From the NCBI GenBank assembly GCA_951406725.2, contig OX597831.1, forward strand, positions 41,416,001 to 41,480,000: 64,000 nt of DNA, written 5' to 3'. The first letter of the stretch is position 1, and each line of letters begins with the position of its first letter. Under the pieces are notes generated by a model that had not been told where the DNA came from, did not search any database, and saw only the letters and a program-made list of their open reading frames with translations. A program made the translations under genes and the position numbers. The stretch comes from Octopus vulgaris (lineage: Eukaryota). Below are positions 29,254-41,717 of the stretch, piece by piece.

Positions 29254-29355
29254 CAAGCTTTGTACCTCAAGCTTTGTACCTCAAGCTTTGTACCTCAAGC
29301 TTTGTACCTCAAGCTTTGTACCTCAAGCTTTGTATCTCAAGCTTTGTACCTCAAG
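29254..29355. repeat. 14-bp minisatellite (caagctttgtacct), 7.3 copies
   Basis: Direct read; one variant unit. Confidence 0.95.
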
Positions 29356-29450
29356 AGTATAGCTCAGAGCCTAGTGAGTAGCTCACGTGACACATAAACT
29401 CAATGGATCATCAAGGGAACAATTTATTTCATTCTGTTACAGATATCAAA

Positions 29451-29501
<51 letters not shown>

Positions 29502-29623
29502 ATTAGAGATAAAACCACTATTAGGCAAATCATACAATGAAAAACTTAAGCCAAATACATAAGATTATTTAAATATATAACAAAATTATTAAAAAATATA
29601 GTTTATATATATATATATATACA

Positions 29624-29830
29624 CTTTATTGAAAAGCACCAAAAGTATCACAAAAACTGTTACTCAGAGTTTCACCTTCCCGTTCGTCGGTCAGTTTGTT
29701 TAGATTCTAAACAAAACTGTCCGACGAACGGGAACGTGAAACTCTGAGTAACAGTTTTTGTGATATTTTTGCTGCTTTTCAATAAAGCATATTACTCTAC
29801 CTTTGGTATTCGAGTACTATTTTTTCCACC
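29624..29830. mobile_element. Inverted (palindromic) Penelope-like pseudo-LTR pair in (TA)n
   Basis: 29624-29787 is a near-perfect palindrome centred near 29706; each arm carries a hammerhead motif. Confidence 0.65.
29713..29758 (+). ncRNA. Type I hammerhead ribozyme motif, C4 core variant
   Basis: aaaactgt-CCGACGA-acg(ggaa)cgt-GAAA-ctc(t)gag-TA-acagtttt; 8-bp stem I; predicted cut after 29750. Confidence 0.7.
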
Positions 29831-29848
29831 TTGTTTCGCATTTATGTG

Positions 29849-29904
<56 letters not shown>

Positions 29905-29911
<7 letters not shown>

Positions 29912-30202
29912 ACCGACCAGGCTATCAGATGTTGCTACACATTGCTGGTCACAATGCGCTTCGCATTGCTTTAGCCTTCAAATGACGCCACCCTGCTGTC
30001 TAAGCGGGCAGGCCAACAGAAGAATGTGTGAGAGAAAGTTGCGGCGAAAGAGTACAGCAGGGATCTCCCCCACCCCTGCCGGAGCCTCATGGAGCTTTAG
30101 GTGTTTTCGCTCAATAAACACTCACAACGCCCTGTCTGGGAATCGAAACCGCTATCCTTCAACCGCGAGTCCGCTGCCCTAACCACTGGGCCATTGCGCC
30201 TC

Positions 30203-30203
<1 letters not shown>
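29905..30203 (-). mobile_element. tRNA-derived SINE (head related to family C, distinct body)
   Basis: Minus-strand head ggaggcgcaatggcccagtggttagggcagcggactcgcgg...gtttcgattcccagac with A/B boxes. Confidence 0.75.
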
Positions 30204-30248
<45 letters not shown>

Positions 30249-30606
30249 AACGACGTGCTTCCGCACACTTTCCGTCTACCAAATTCACTCACAAGCCATT
30301 GGCCAGCCAAAGCTACGGTAGAAGAAATTTCCCCCAAGATGTCACGCAATGGGACTGAACCGAAAACAACGTCGTTGGAAATCGAGTTTTCTAACCACAG
30401 CAGCTATGCCTGCGTGTTCGTGAATGTGAGCGAAGGGAAAATTCTTAAACGTAGAATTGAATCTCGGAGGCTTGAATTTTCATTCGATTCGTCGAAAACT
30501 CGATTATTTGCATTGTGCATAACTTGTAGAGTCCGAGGTCAGTATTCATTGAAGGGACCAATGAAGAAAGACATACCAGCGATGGGCATCCCCATAAGTT
30601 TGTATG

Positions 30607-30897
30607 GGATCTTGTTAAATTTCCTCCAACCACTTGAAATTTTTCAAATTTTCACCGGATTATTTTCAAAAAATGTTCTGATGTAGATTTGTGATGATGA
30701 AAATGACATTCATTCTTTTATTTTTTCTACAAGCATTTAAAATTAGCAAGTGGTTTCAAGTTTCCACCAGATTTTTTTTTTTTTTTAAATGTAGTTCTGA
30801 TGTAAATTTGTGATGACGAAAATAACATTCATTCTTATTTTTTTCTTCTACAAGCATTTAAAATTAGCAAGTAGTTTGAAGAAATTTAACAAGATCC
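30607..30897. mobile_element. MITE with GGATCTT-starting TIRs and an internal direct duplication
   Basis: ggatcttgttaaatttc ... gaaatttaacaagatcc; internal ~80-bp block repeated. Confidence 0.75.
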
Positions 30898-32559
30898 GTT
30901 TGCCTATCTAGGACTACATTGTATTTATTATGTATCGTTCCAATTTTGAAGCCTGAATAGTATGAATTGTAAAAACTTGCCTGCTATTTTTAGTAGGCCG
31001 AACGACCACATGGCGCAAAGAGCAGGAGACCTTTTAAATACGAAGGTGTAATTGTAAATGCAAGAATCTAGTGTGGCCACATCTGTGTTGAGAAAAAATA
31101 ATGCACCTTTAATTTTACAAATTCATAGGGCTTCAACTTAATAAACTAGCTGGACTCGTGGAAACTGCATATTTTATAGATGTTTTAATGCTTAAATTTA
31201 GCAAAGTTCTTGGCCTTGTCTGTAATCAACGACCTCCAGTGTAAAACGATGTGCTATATTCACCCAATTTCAAGATAAATCTACTTTACATAAGTAAATC
31301 CTAAGATTAATTAAACTGTGTTAATTGCTGTTTTAGATATATTTTATCGACAGAAAACGTCACAATAGACATTCGGTGATTCCAAATGTTTTGTGCAAAT
31401 ATGGTTTTATAAATCAATAACGGAGCCTGTAATTACTAAAACCAATAAAACTAAATCACCGTTTTATTGTACATCTATCCTCGTTTATCACGGGGTTTTG
31501 GTTAATGACCCCCCCCCCAAAAAAAAAGACAGTGATAAATGAATCACCTATACGCATTTTGTAAAAGAATGAATGGTAAATTGACACGAAACTCGCGGCC
31601 TACAGCAGTGAAGCCTCCACCGTCTGCGTCGTTGTTAGGATTAGGTTCCGTCGTATAGTTTTCTTTTCACTGGTCTCATGTCGATGGGTACATAATACAT
31701 AGACTTGCAGCACGGTCGTGTAAATACAAGCTATTTTCAGTGTATTCTAAATAGTTTGAGCATTGTGTATGATCGCCGAGGCATGTTTCTTTTTTTTGTG
31801 TATGTGTGCTACAAGCAGAACTTTTGATTGGTTGCCGACCCATGTTAACACACATCAATTCATGATAAGCGTAACATGGATTACAATTGAGCATACCATA
31901 TTATACCCCTCGATCAGTGAAAAATGAATCAGTGGTAATCGAGGCTACTTGTATAATTTATAAACAATAAAACACCATTTCTTCAAACATTTTGTAGACT
32001 CGTGGAGTCCAGCATATCGTTTCTATGTAGTCGCTTCTGTTTTGAACTGGAGGTCGTTGTTTACGTACATATTCGGCACCTTTACCCATAAGTTTATAGA
32101 TCTTCACAGCTATATTTCATTACGTTAGAGGTCTGGATTATCTTTTCGATTTCGTTCCATAGTTGAGGATGTTTAAAGCGTAAAACTCGAGTATATATCG
32201 TGAAAAAGAGAATAATATGTTCATTACTGTTTCGGTCTGAAGGGTTAACGAAACTGTTCTTTTTTTTTTTTATATACGTTCTTAAAAATCTTCCTTAACA
32301 GGCATTTTCTAATTTGAATGTCAGCTACGAGTTTCCCTCGTTGTTCTTTGCAGGTTCACACTTTTGTTGTAGAGTTTTTGACAATGATAGAATACAACGA
32401 AATGTAAATGCTGTTAAAAAAATTAGAAACCAGTTTATTTTCTCTGTAATTACTGATTTTCCGACGTTCTCAGCAGTTTATTGTTTATGGAAACTCTGTG
32501 TATGTATGTATGTATGTATGTATGTATGTATGTATGTATGTATGTGTGTGTGTGTGTGC

Positions 32560-32590
<31 letters not shown>

Positions 32591-32974
32591 CCTGTGTGTG
32601 TGCGGCGCGCATTCGAAATCTCGAGCAGATGAAATACATTGTCGAATGTGTGTATGTGTGTGTGTGAGTGTTCAGCAATCACCAGCACATGTAAAACATT
32701 GCCGAAAACACATATATAAAATAAACATATCTTAAATTTTTCCGGAAACTGCCGAGAACGTCTGGGAATCAGCTGGCAAAATTCTGACAGTTACCATATT
32801 TATACCCAAAGAATGCCTACAAACATCGTTAGAATATGAATGAGTGCAACAACTCTCCATTTTAATGTCACCCTCTAAACTCAATTTAGCTAGCTTGTCT
32901 GACAAAGACGAAATGGTCTCGACCGGAATGCTTTTCTTTGGTCGTAAGGTCGTCTGCTCAATCGAGGTCCAAAG

Positions 32975-33201
32975 CAGTGGTTCTCAATAATTTTTTGCGT
33001 GTGGACCCCCGTGATTCCTATTTTACTTGGATGGATCCTCATAGCCATTCGAGGTTTAAAATATCCTGTTATAATTTTAGAATTAGATATCATTAGAAAT
33101 TGTATAAAAAAAATACTTGGTGAAATATAGAAGTATGACCAATTTATTGTATATAAATTTTAACAACAAAATCTCTTATGGACCTTGGTTGAGAACTCCT
33201 G
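32975..33201. mobile_element. hAT (Charlie-type) MITE
   Basis: cagtggttctcaa ... ttgagaactcctg; homolog at 41718-41965. Confidence 0.75.
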
Positions 33202-33815
33202 GTTGAAACGATAACAAATAATTTTAGGGCTAGGGGTTCTCAAAATGAGGTACGCAAACACCTAGAGACACACGCAAAGTTTGTTAAAACACTGCACTTC
33301 CGAAGTGATCACAAATGACGACGTCATGTATTTAGAAATACCTGTAAAATACCTTTGTACCTGTAAAATAAAAAGAAAGAAAAAGGAACGGTCTATGGGT
33401 TTGGTAGCCATGGTTAGAACCACTGGGCCGGTTAACGTATACGCAAAATTCTTGGGCACGCAAATTTTCACAAGAAAACTAAAAACAGCCCGGGAACTGG
33501 TAATTCACGCTACGTTACTGGATGTAATCAAGAATTTCGTTAGTTTATATAAAGTTCACAAGTTGGAATACGTTTTTATGCAATAAAAAGAGGAAAATTT
33601 TAAATGTTTTGTCTAAGGACCGACACTGCTTGAAACGCTAGAATTTTCTCTTCATCACAGTATTCAAAGATTATATCATTTAAAAATTTATTTTGTTTAT
33701 TATTGAGCGAAAGATTTGCTAAAAATAACAACCATCTCGCCTTAAATTACAATGTGTCATTGTTAAAAGAGAAGGGAACATATGCATTCAGGATAATGTA
33801 ATATATATATATATA

Positions 33816-34336
33816 CTAGCAGTATCGCCCGGCGTTGCTCGGGTTTGTAAGGGAAATAACTATATAAGCATTTTTAGTGAGTTATAGCAAAAAAATAGCA
33901 AAAAAATGCATCAAAAATGGAATAAAAAATGATGGTAATTTTGGTGTCTTCAAGCCATGAAGTCGTTGTTCTAAAAGAACGCTGGTCTCCTTGACAACGC
34001 TTTACGACGTTGATTTCCTTACACTCCCTTCCCCACAGCTTCACGAGGGAGGGAAGAAGGGGGAGAAGCAACACATGTGCAGGTGTGATCATAGACGCCA
34101 ACTCCGCCGCCATCGACACACGAAAAAATTGGAAGAAATGGAAAAAAATGATGTTAAATTATTTTTAAAATCGTAGACTCATCGTAGACGCGCACTAATA
34201 CCCAGACGGGCTCGATATGAATCACGACTATAAGATACCCGAATTTGGTTAAACTGCACCGCAAAATGTGGGAGTAGTTAGGAATCTAAATCGTAGGAGA
34301 CAGACACTCACACAACTACAGTTTTATATATAGAGA
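33816..34336 (-). mobile_element. Complete non-autonomous Helitron
   Basis: Minus strand: 5' TCTCTATATATAAAA, subterminal hairpin cccgagcaacgccggg, 3' CTAG; inserted between A and T with no TSD. Confidence 0.9.
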
Positions 34337-34337
34337 T

Positions 34338-34575
34338 ATATTTAGGAAGTTAAATGTTATGGACGGTCATAGAGTGACCGTTGGCTTCGCACCTGTAAAG
34401 CGCTTAGCAGTTTTGGTGACTCGTCAGACTTAAATGACATAACATCTCGACAATTGGAGGTTATCCTCCTCTGGCCATTTGAGTCTCACGAGTCGACTAT
34501 ACTGCTAAGCGCTTTATAGGTGTCAAACCAATGGTCATTCTATAACTGACCATAACATTTAGCTTCCTAAAATCT
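34338..34575. mobile_element. Palindromic (foldback) MITE-like element
   Basis: ~100-bp imperfect arms: tttaggaagttaaatgttatgg... / ...ccataacatttagcttcctaaa. Confidence 0.7.
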
Positions 34576-34791
34576 ATAGTAGTGCTCTAAATGCTTCAGA
34601 GCGTGCTTCTTTTTCGAATATATGAACTTCTGACAATACACACAAACACACACACACATGTGGTGTGTGTGTGTGTGTGGTTTCTGATTTGGCCAGAAGT
34701 TAAGCGATTTTGAAGGACCCTTATACTTGACTGGCACTTTATTGTACCGATTCTGAAAGGATGATTGGTGAATTTGACCTCATCAGAATGT

Positions 34792-34825
<34 letters not shown>

Positions 34826-34829
34826 TTAG

Positions 34830-35150
34830 AAGCCGCGTTGTTTTTTAATGATTAGCGCATTCGGCTGACGCTCGTAAAGTCCTGAATTCTATTCCTGGCG
34901 GTGCGTTGTGTCCTAGAATAAGACACTTTATTTCTCGTTGTTCCAGTCCATTCAGCTGACAAAAACGAGTTGTACTTTTAGTTCAAAAAGCCAGCTTTAT
35001 CGCATTCGGTGTTACGCTCAATCTCCCCGAGAACTACGGTAAGGATACGCCTCTATGAAGTGCTCAGCCATTTGCACGTTAATTTCACGAGCAGGCTGTT
35101 CCGTTGATTGTATCAACCGGAACACTCGTCGTAACCGACAAGGAGCCATA
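34830..35150 (+). mobile_element. SINE family C, diverged
   Basis: Homologous to 55468-55790 (reverse strand) and to the 11172 head. Confidence 0.6.
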
Positions 35151-35393
35151 TTGTGAACTCTCCTGTCGTAGACGACAGCTGAAGTTTCCTTCTTGCTGAA
35201 GAGGATTTATTTATAGTGATCAAGTGTTTGTGTTTTACATTAGCTCACCCCTTCAATCAAATCGACATTGCCTGGGACAGGCGCACAGTGTAGCACATGC
35301 TAGATGTTGCAGTGATGAAGTGTTTTTGCTTACACATCACCTCGTCTGGGAATTGAAACCACGATTTTGCAACACCCAAACCACTAGGTTACG

Positions 35394-35464
35394 CATACAT
35401 ACATGCATATATACATACATACATACATACATACATACATACATACATACATACATACATACAT

Positions 35465-35495
<31 letters not shown>

Positions 35496-35822
35496 TACAT
35501 GCATACACATACATACATACATACATACATACATACATACATACATACATACATACATACATACACACATACACACACACATGCATACATTCATACATAC
35601 ATACATACATACATACATACATACATACATACATACATACACACACACATGCATACATTCATACATACATACATACATACATACATACATACATACATAC
35701 ACACATACACACACACACACACACATACATACATACATACATACATACATACATACATACATACATACATACATACATACATACATACATACATACACAC
35801 ACACATACATACACACACACAA
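35394..35822. repeat. (TACA)n microsatellite
   Basis: Direct read. Confidence 0.95.
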
Positions 35823-36010
35823 CATGCTAGCATGTTGTGTATTTTAGCCTGAAGGATTGCTTGGAAGCAGAAGGTAACTTGTATTTATGCGTGCCATCGG
35901 CATAAAAAGCACCCGTGCCAGAGCCACGGGGTGCTTTTTATGTGGCACCGCCTTGTGAGAGTGAATTTGGTTGATGAAAACTGAAACTGTGTGGAAGCCC
36001 GTCGTATACA

Positions 36011-36050
<40 letters not shown>

Positions 36051-36870
36051 TGCGTGTGTGTGTATGTATGTATGTATTTTGCACCCCCCCTTCATCCGGG
36101 AAGCAGAAGGTAGTTTGCATTAAAGTACTATATGAAGCGGAAGTCGGCGGGCGCTTTCGTCTTCTCCCATCACCATCTTCGTTCCATCACCATCATTCAT
36201 TAATGTCTATGTCCAGCCCGCAAAGCTACTATCTATGTAATGCCCTTGTGGCAAATTAAATGAAATAAAGTACTATATGACATTGATCATAGGTCTCGTC
36301 GAGATAATCTGATAACCACAACTTTATTTTTTGAACTTTATCACTGAACTGATTTTTTATTTTTACTGACGTCGACCAGTATTTTCCTCGGACTATAATG
36401 TGTTGTTTTCCGATAGCCTTGTTGAATTTAATTTCTCTTTATTGTGTTCTGAGAAGAATCTGGTCCTTCACTTTAAATCGCAAAACGCGCTAATTTTTGG
36501 TGATGACGTAAACGACCTAATAGGTTATTGGACGTTTTAATGAATATACGAGATGAATAACGGATCGATGAACGATGAAAGTAAGCAAGCAACTCGGGAA
36601 TCGAAATCCAGTTCATAAACCCATTTTACCAATAGCTTTAGCCCTTTCGTCATGGAGGTCACTTATATGAGACACTACATAACTATGGTTTGAGTGAGAG
36701 ATTCGCCGTGTAGCTGATATGTTGTTCAAAATGTATTCAGCCTGGAAATAAGCTCGGGTGGTTATAACTTGAATGCTTTTAATCATAAGTTTCCTTTTTC
36801 ATCAGGGCTGATTTGGGGGCTAAACAGCAATTCAGTTAGGGAAGTCATACGGCGAAACTTACCCTTTATG

Positions 36871-36896
<26 letters not shown>

Positions 36897-36901
<5 letters not shown>

Positions 36902-38100
36902 TTGTCAAATCTCACGGCTTTGTCGTGAGACTCACGACTTTGCGCATGATCTCGCGCTCTCACGTTTTCGTAAGCAATTTCTTCTGCTTTCTCCCAACGC
37001 AAACTTCCCACCAGAAACTTTAGGGCGTCTGAAGACTTATCACAGTGTCCCGATGCGCATTTTTAGCCCCCTTGTAGAGCATTCTGCTCGCGCCGGCGGC
37101 CGTCTACGGTTCGCATCATCATACAGTCGAGAAATGTATATTATGTGCGCGGCCCGCGATTGAGGCGGACGGCGATTATGCGCGTTAACCACGATTCTGG
37201 TGTACGACGATTACGCGCAGGCTAATAATCTTAGGCCTCGTGTCTACTCCTTCGCCGTACAGAGGCTAAACAAACGATTTCATTTGAATATTGTGACCAA
37301 GAAGCACATTAACCGCGTTGGTTAATGGGATCTTTTCGGTTTGAACGGCAGTTTTTTCTAGCGGTGTCATATGAAATTGTCACCCATAATTATGACCCTA
37401 GTATCGATCTATTGCATTTCAATCGATTTTAGGGTTAGGGTTAGGGGTGGTGGGAAGGGTATCTTTTTTTCTTCACAAATGTAAATAAACCCAATCTGTT
37501 CCTTAAACGAGGGACATATTCATACGGCACAGAATGTTGTTTACCTCAATGGATGTCAGTGTTTGGTTGAAATTGCAGAAATTGAAGAAAAAAACAACAA
37601 ATATCTTATAAACTATAGAATTTTCTCAATAAAGCCAAGAGAAAAGGAGGTTTTATAAACGCATTCTACCAGTATACGAAGTTTAAAATTTTTTCGTTAC
37701 CTAGAAATTATGTTAAAAACTGCCGTTCAAACCGAAAAGATCCGGTTAATGTAACCACCGCGTTGGTTAATGCGTTTGCGTATCAGTAGCAATGAAGAAA
37801 AAGATTGTAGTGAAAAAAAGGCAGTCTTCTACAGAGGCAAAATAAGTTATCTGGCGCCGCAACGTACAGAAATACTTTTAAAAATAGCTGGAAAGAAATT
37901 TATCCCATGAAAACTGTAAAATATGACCGTCATCGCTTCTTTTGTATCCCTTGTTCAACAAGAGTTACCATGCCATCACCAAGGACCCGCAGATGTAAAA
38001 AATCATTGTGCACGTGACAAATGGAGCTGAGAAGGCAGCTGCTAATTAAAATAAGCGCAAGAAAGATTAAAAGCTTAAGCATGACTTGGTTGTTTTTATC
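36897..38100 (+). mobile_element. 5' part of a decayed hAT-like transposon with a BED-type zinc finger relic
   Basis: Subterminal ctcacg/cgtgag motifs at ~36910-36965; ~37850-38010 reads YRNTFKNSWKEIYP...FFCIPCS../.CHHQGPADVKNHC. Confidence 0.6.
37328..37743. mobile_element. MITE with ~29-bp TIRs and 8-bp TSD
   Basis: ggatcttttcggtttgaacggcagttttt ... aaaaactgccgttcaaaccgaaaagatcc; TSD ggttaatg at 37320-37327 and 37744-37751. Confidence 0.92.
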
Positions 38101-38239
38101 CTATGTTATCGACTTTAAGGTTCTGCTGTTTTATGTTCCTAACTTGATTGGTTTTGTTATTTATGATCTAGCTTTGAGTTATATTTATACAATACATTTG
38201 TTCTTTTCTATGATAAAAAAAAAAAAAGATAAGACTATT

Positions 38240-38885
38240 GATTTCAGATTTTGGAACAAGGCCAGCAATTTCGGGGGAGGGAGTAAGTCAATTACATAGA
38301 CCTCTGTATTCAGCTGGTACTTAATTTTATCGATCTCCGAAGGATGAACGGCAAAGTTAACTCTGAATGTAAAGACGGACGAAATGCCGCTATGCATTTT
38401 TCACATCTGCGGGTCCTTGGTGATGGCATGGTAACTCTGTTGAACAAGGGATACAAAAGAAGCGATGACGGACAAAGGGATTAAGTCGATTATATCGACC
38501 CCAGTGCGTAACTGGTACTTTATTTATCGACCCCAAAAGGATGAAAGGCAAAGTCGACCTCGGCGGAATTTGAACTTAGAACGTAACGGCAGACGGAATA
38601 GATATTTCTTTATTACCCACAAGGGGTTAAACACAGAGAGGACAAACAAAGACAGACACACGGATTAAATCGATTACATCGACCCCAGTGCGTAACTGGT
38701 ACTTAATTTATCGACCCCGAAAGGATGAAAGTCAAAGTCGACCTCGGCCGAATTTGAACTCAGCATTTCTTCCAGTTTTACGTACAGAATTGAAAAAATG
38801 CCGGGAGTCGATGAAATAAGTACCAGTCAAATAATGGGGTCGATATAATCGACTAATTTCTCCCTTTTTTGCCAAGAGTAGAAAA
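38240..38885 (-). mobile_element. Cluster of SINE family B copies
   Basis: Three minus-strand cores plus a plus-strand fragment near 38800-38885. Confidence 0.8.
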
Positions 38886-38977
38886 GAATCATTATTATTA
38901 TTGCTTTCCTTTTGAAATGTTGCGTCCAAGGGTAAAATTATATATCACATGAAGTAAAGAACTCTCTCATTCGTTGG

Positions 38978-39366
38978 AGGGCGCAGCATGGCTCTGTGGT
39001 AAGAAGCTTGCTTTCCAACCACATGGTCCCGGGTTCAGTCTTACTGCGTAGCACCTTGAGCAAGTATCTTCTGCTATTGCCTCGTGCCGACCAAAGCCTT
39101 CTGAGTGGATTTAGTAGACGGAAACTGAAAGAAGTGTTTGCGTCTTTGTGTCTGTGTTTGTCCTCCATCATCACTTGACAACCGGCGTTGGCTTGTTTAC
39201 GTCCTCATAGCCTAGCAGTTCGACAAAAGACACCAATAAAATAAGTACAAGGCTTAATAAAAAAAAAAAGTACTGGTGTCGATTCATTCGACTAAAAAAA
39301 AAAAATCTTCATGCCCTGGTGCCCCAGCATGACCGTAGTCTAATGACTGAAAAACAAGATAAAAGA
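38978..39366 (+). mobile_element. SINE family A
   Basis: Similarity along the full length. Confidence 0.85.
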
Positions 39367-39415
39367 TTAGTTTTAAGCAGAACAGTTGCCAATTATGGGC
39401 TGCATTGGCAAAGTA

Positions 39416-40865
39416 TCAGGTTGAATAAAAAGTAAGCAACGTAAAACGTTGCGTACTTTTTATTCAACCATGAAAAAGTTGTACCGGATTTTCGCAGAGT
39501 TTTGAATTTTTTAAAACATTATTGTTTTTGTAATTGTCTGGTAGTACAGACATAGACTTGCTCAGATGCATCAATAAATTAACATTGATATGTTTTTCAC
39601 CGTTGTTACAATCATCTGAAATGGAACTGTCAAAGCGCGATATTCGAGCAATTTTGCTATTCAACTTTACAAAAAGACGTAAAGCTGCTGAAACTACTCG
39701 TGATATCAACGAAACGTTTGGTGAAGAAATGACCAGTGAGTGGTCAGCTCGAAAATGGCTTAACCCTTTAGTATTTAATCCGGCCATATCTGGCCAAAAT
39801 ATTTAATCTGTTTTTGTTCAAACTGACCAGATCCAGGCCCTCACCGTACAATGTTATTCTACATGAAGTAATTACACCATCAAGATCTTGAGGATATGAG
39901 ATAATGCATGATTAATTCAAATCAATGGGAATCAATAAGCATTATGTTTGATAGAATAATCTGAACACTAAAGGGTTAAACGATTTCGCAGTGGAGACCT
40001 GAAGCCTTGAAGATCGTGAGCGTAGTAGACGCCCATCTGTCATCGATGATAGTCAATTAAAGACCGTCATTGAGAAAGATCCGCGTAAAACCACTTGAGA
40101 ACTGGCGAAAGAACTTCAAGTTAGTCAGAAAACTACCTGCAACCATTTGCATGCGATCGGAAAATCAAAAAAGTTCGACAAATGGATACCACACCGATAC
40201 ATTTCTCGACCGTATTGTAACTTGCGATGAAAGGCAGATTCGGTACAATAATAAAAAAACGTTCATCACAGTGGTTGGACCAAAATGAAGCACCGAAAAC
40301 CTTCCCTAAACCTGAGCTCTTCAAAAAGAAGGTAATGGTGACTGTTTAGTGTTGTACTACTGGACTCATCCTCTATGACTTCTTAAAACCCGGTAAAACC
40401 ACTACTGCAGAAATATATTGCCATGAAATTGCCAAAATGAATGAAAAACTGCTACTCCTCCATTCCGGACTGGTCAACAGAAGAGGGCCAATCATTCTTC
40501 ATGACAATGCTCGACTCACACGTTTCACTAATGACGCTGAGAAGTTGATGGAACTTAGCTACGAAGTTCTTCCTCACCCAGCTTGTTCTCCATACCTTTC
40601 TCATACCGATTATCACTTTTTCAAGCACCTTGATGGTTTCCTGCAAGAGAAGGAGTTCAAAATTCAAACCGATGCTGAAAGTGCGTTCAAAGAGTTCATC
40701 AACTCCAGAACTCCAGATTTTGATGTCACCGGAATAAACATGTTACTCGTTGGTAAAAATGTGTTGATTGTAATGGTACTTTGATGACTAAAATTCCCGC
40801 ATTGTTGAAATATATTGCGATGGATTTCATGTTTCAAAACGTTGCTTACTTTTTACTCAGCCTGA
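39416..40865 (+). mobile_element. Mariner (DD34D-type) transposon, full-length but inactivated
   Basis: TIRs tcaggttgaataaaaagtaagcaacgt / acgttgcttactttttactcagcctga with TA TSDs; ORF from 39620 MELSKRDIRAILLFNF...; KWIPH, FLDRIVTCDE, ILHDNAR, SPYLSHTDYHFF. Confidence 0.95.
39764..39975. mobile_element. piggyBac-like MITE inserted in the mariner ORF
   Basis: TTAA|CCCTTTAG...CTAAAGGG|TTAA; removing it restores KWLKRFRSGD. Confidence 0.92.
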
Positions 40866-41103
40866 TAAATATACAATAGTTAATGACATTCGTAAAGTAA
40901 TTTAAGTTCAAGTGACGTTCTGCTTTTTCGGACGAGGGTCTTACTGATTTTTCGAATAAATGTCCTGCGCCCCTATGAGACACGAATTTATGTTATTTTG
41001 CTTATTTTATTAACTGCTTTTTTAATTAAAAAAAAAAAAATTAATATTTGCTGTTGCTTTTTGTCGGTAATACTGCTCATTCGCGCTTTGTTCTAAGTAT
41101 CTC

Positions 41104-41154
41104 ATGTATGTATGTATGTATGTATGTATGTATGTATGTATGTATGTATGTATG

Positions 41155-41185
<31 letters not shown>

Positions 41186-41199
41186 TGTATGTATGTATG

Positions 41200-41233
<34 letters not shown>

Positions 41234-41270
41234 TGTATGTATGTATGTATGTATGTATGTATGTATGTAT
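41104..41270. repeat. (TATG)n microsatellite
   Basis: Direct read. Confidence 0.95.
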
Positions 41271-41717
41271 AGATAGATAGATATATGGGTAAGTAGGTAA
41301 ATTGGTAGGTAAGTGGGTACATAGACAGACAAACAGATAGATATAGATTGTGAGACAGATTAAATAGATAGATAGATAGATAGATGCACAACAAAAGCTT
41401 GAGTGAAATAAAACGAAAGGAACAACCAACCGAACTGCTAGAAACTCAGATTTCAATTGGCAATTTTCTCAGGTTGGGCAGCTAACTTCGTGTTTAGTTG
41501 TTAACATATTTAGTGGAAAGGAGCATTAAACTGAATACATATGTATATCCTCTAACTCTCTCTGCTGTACTGCACATCGTTCCGACTTTAGCCGGTTCCT
41601 ATCATATATCAGTTTTTCAATGAATGAGAAGAGATTGCTATTATACACGCATGTATCTTTTATCTTTCATCTTTTACTTGAAGCGATGCCAAAACATTGC
41701 CTTTAAAGGGTTTAGTC

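Noticed and set aside
31140-32075. Short inverted matches (gctggactc; caacgacctccagt)
   Set aside because: Order is inconsistent with one pair of TIRs; element boundaries could not be defined
37428-37447. Telomere or fusion relic
   Set aside because: Only about three TTAGGG units, internal to a MITE
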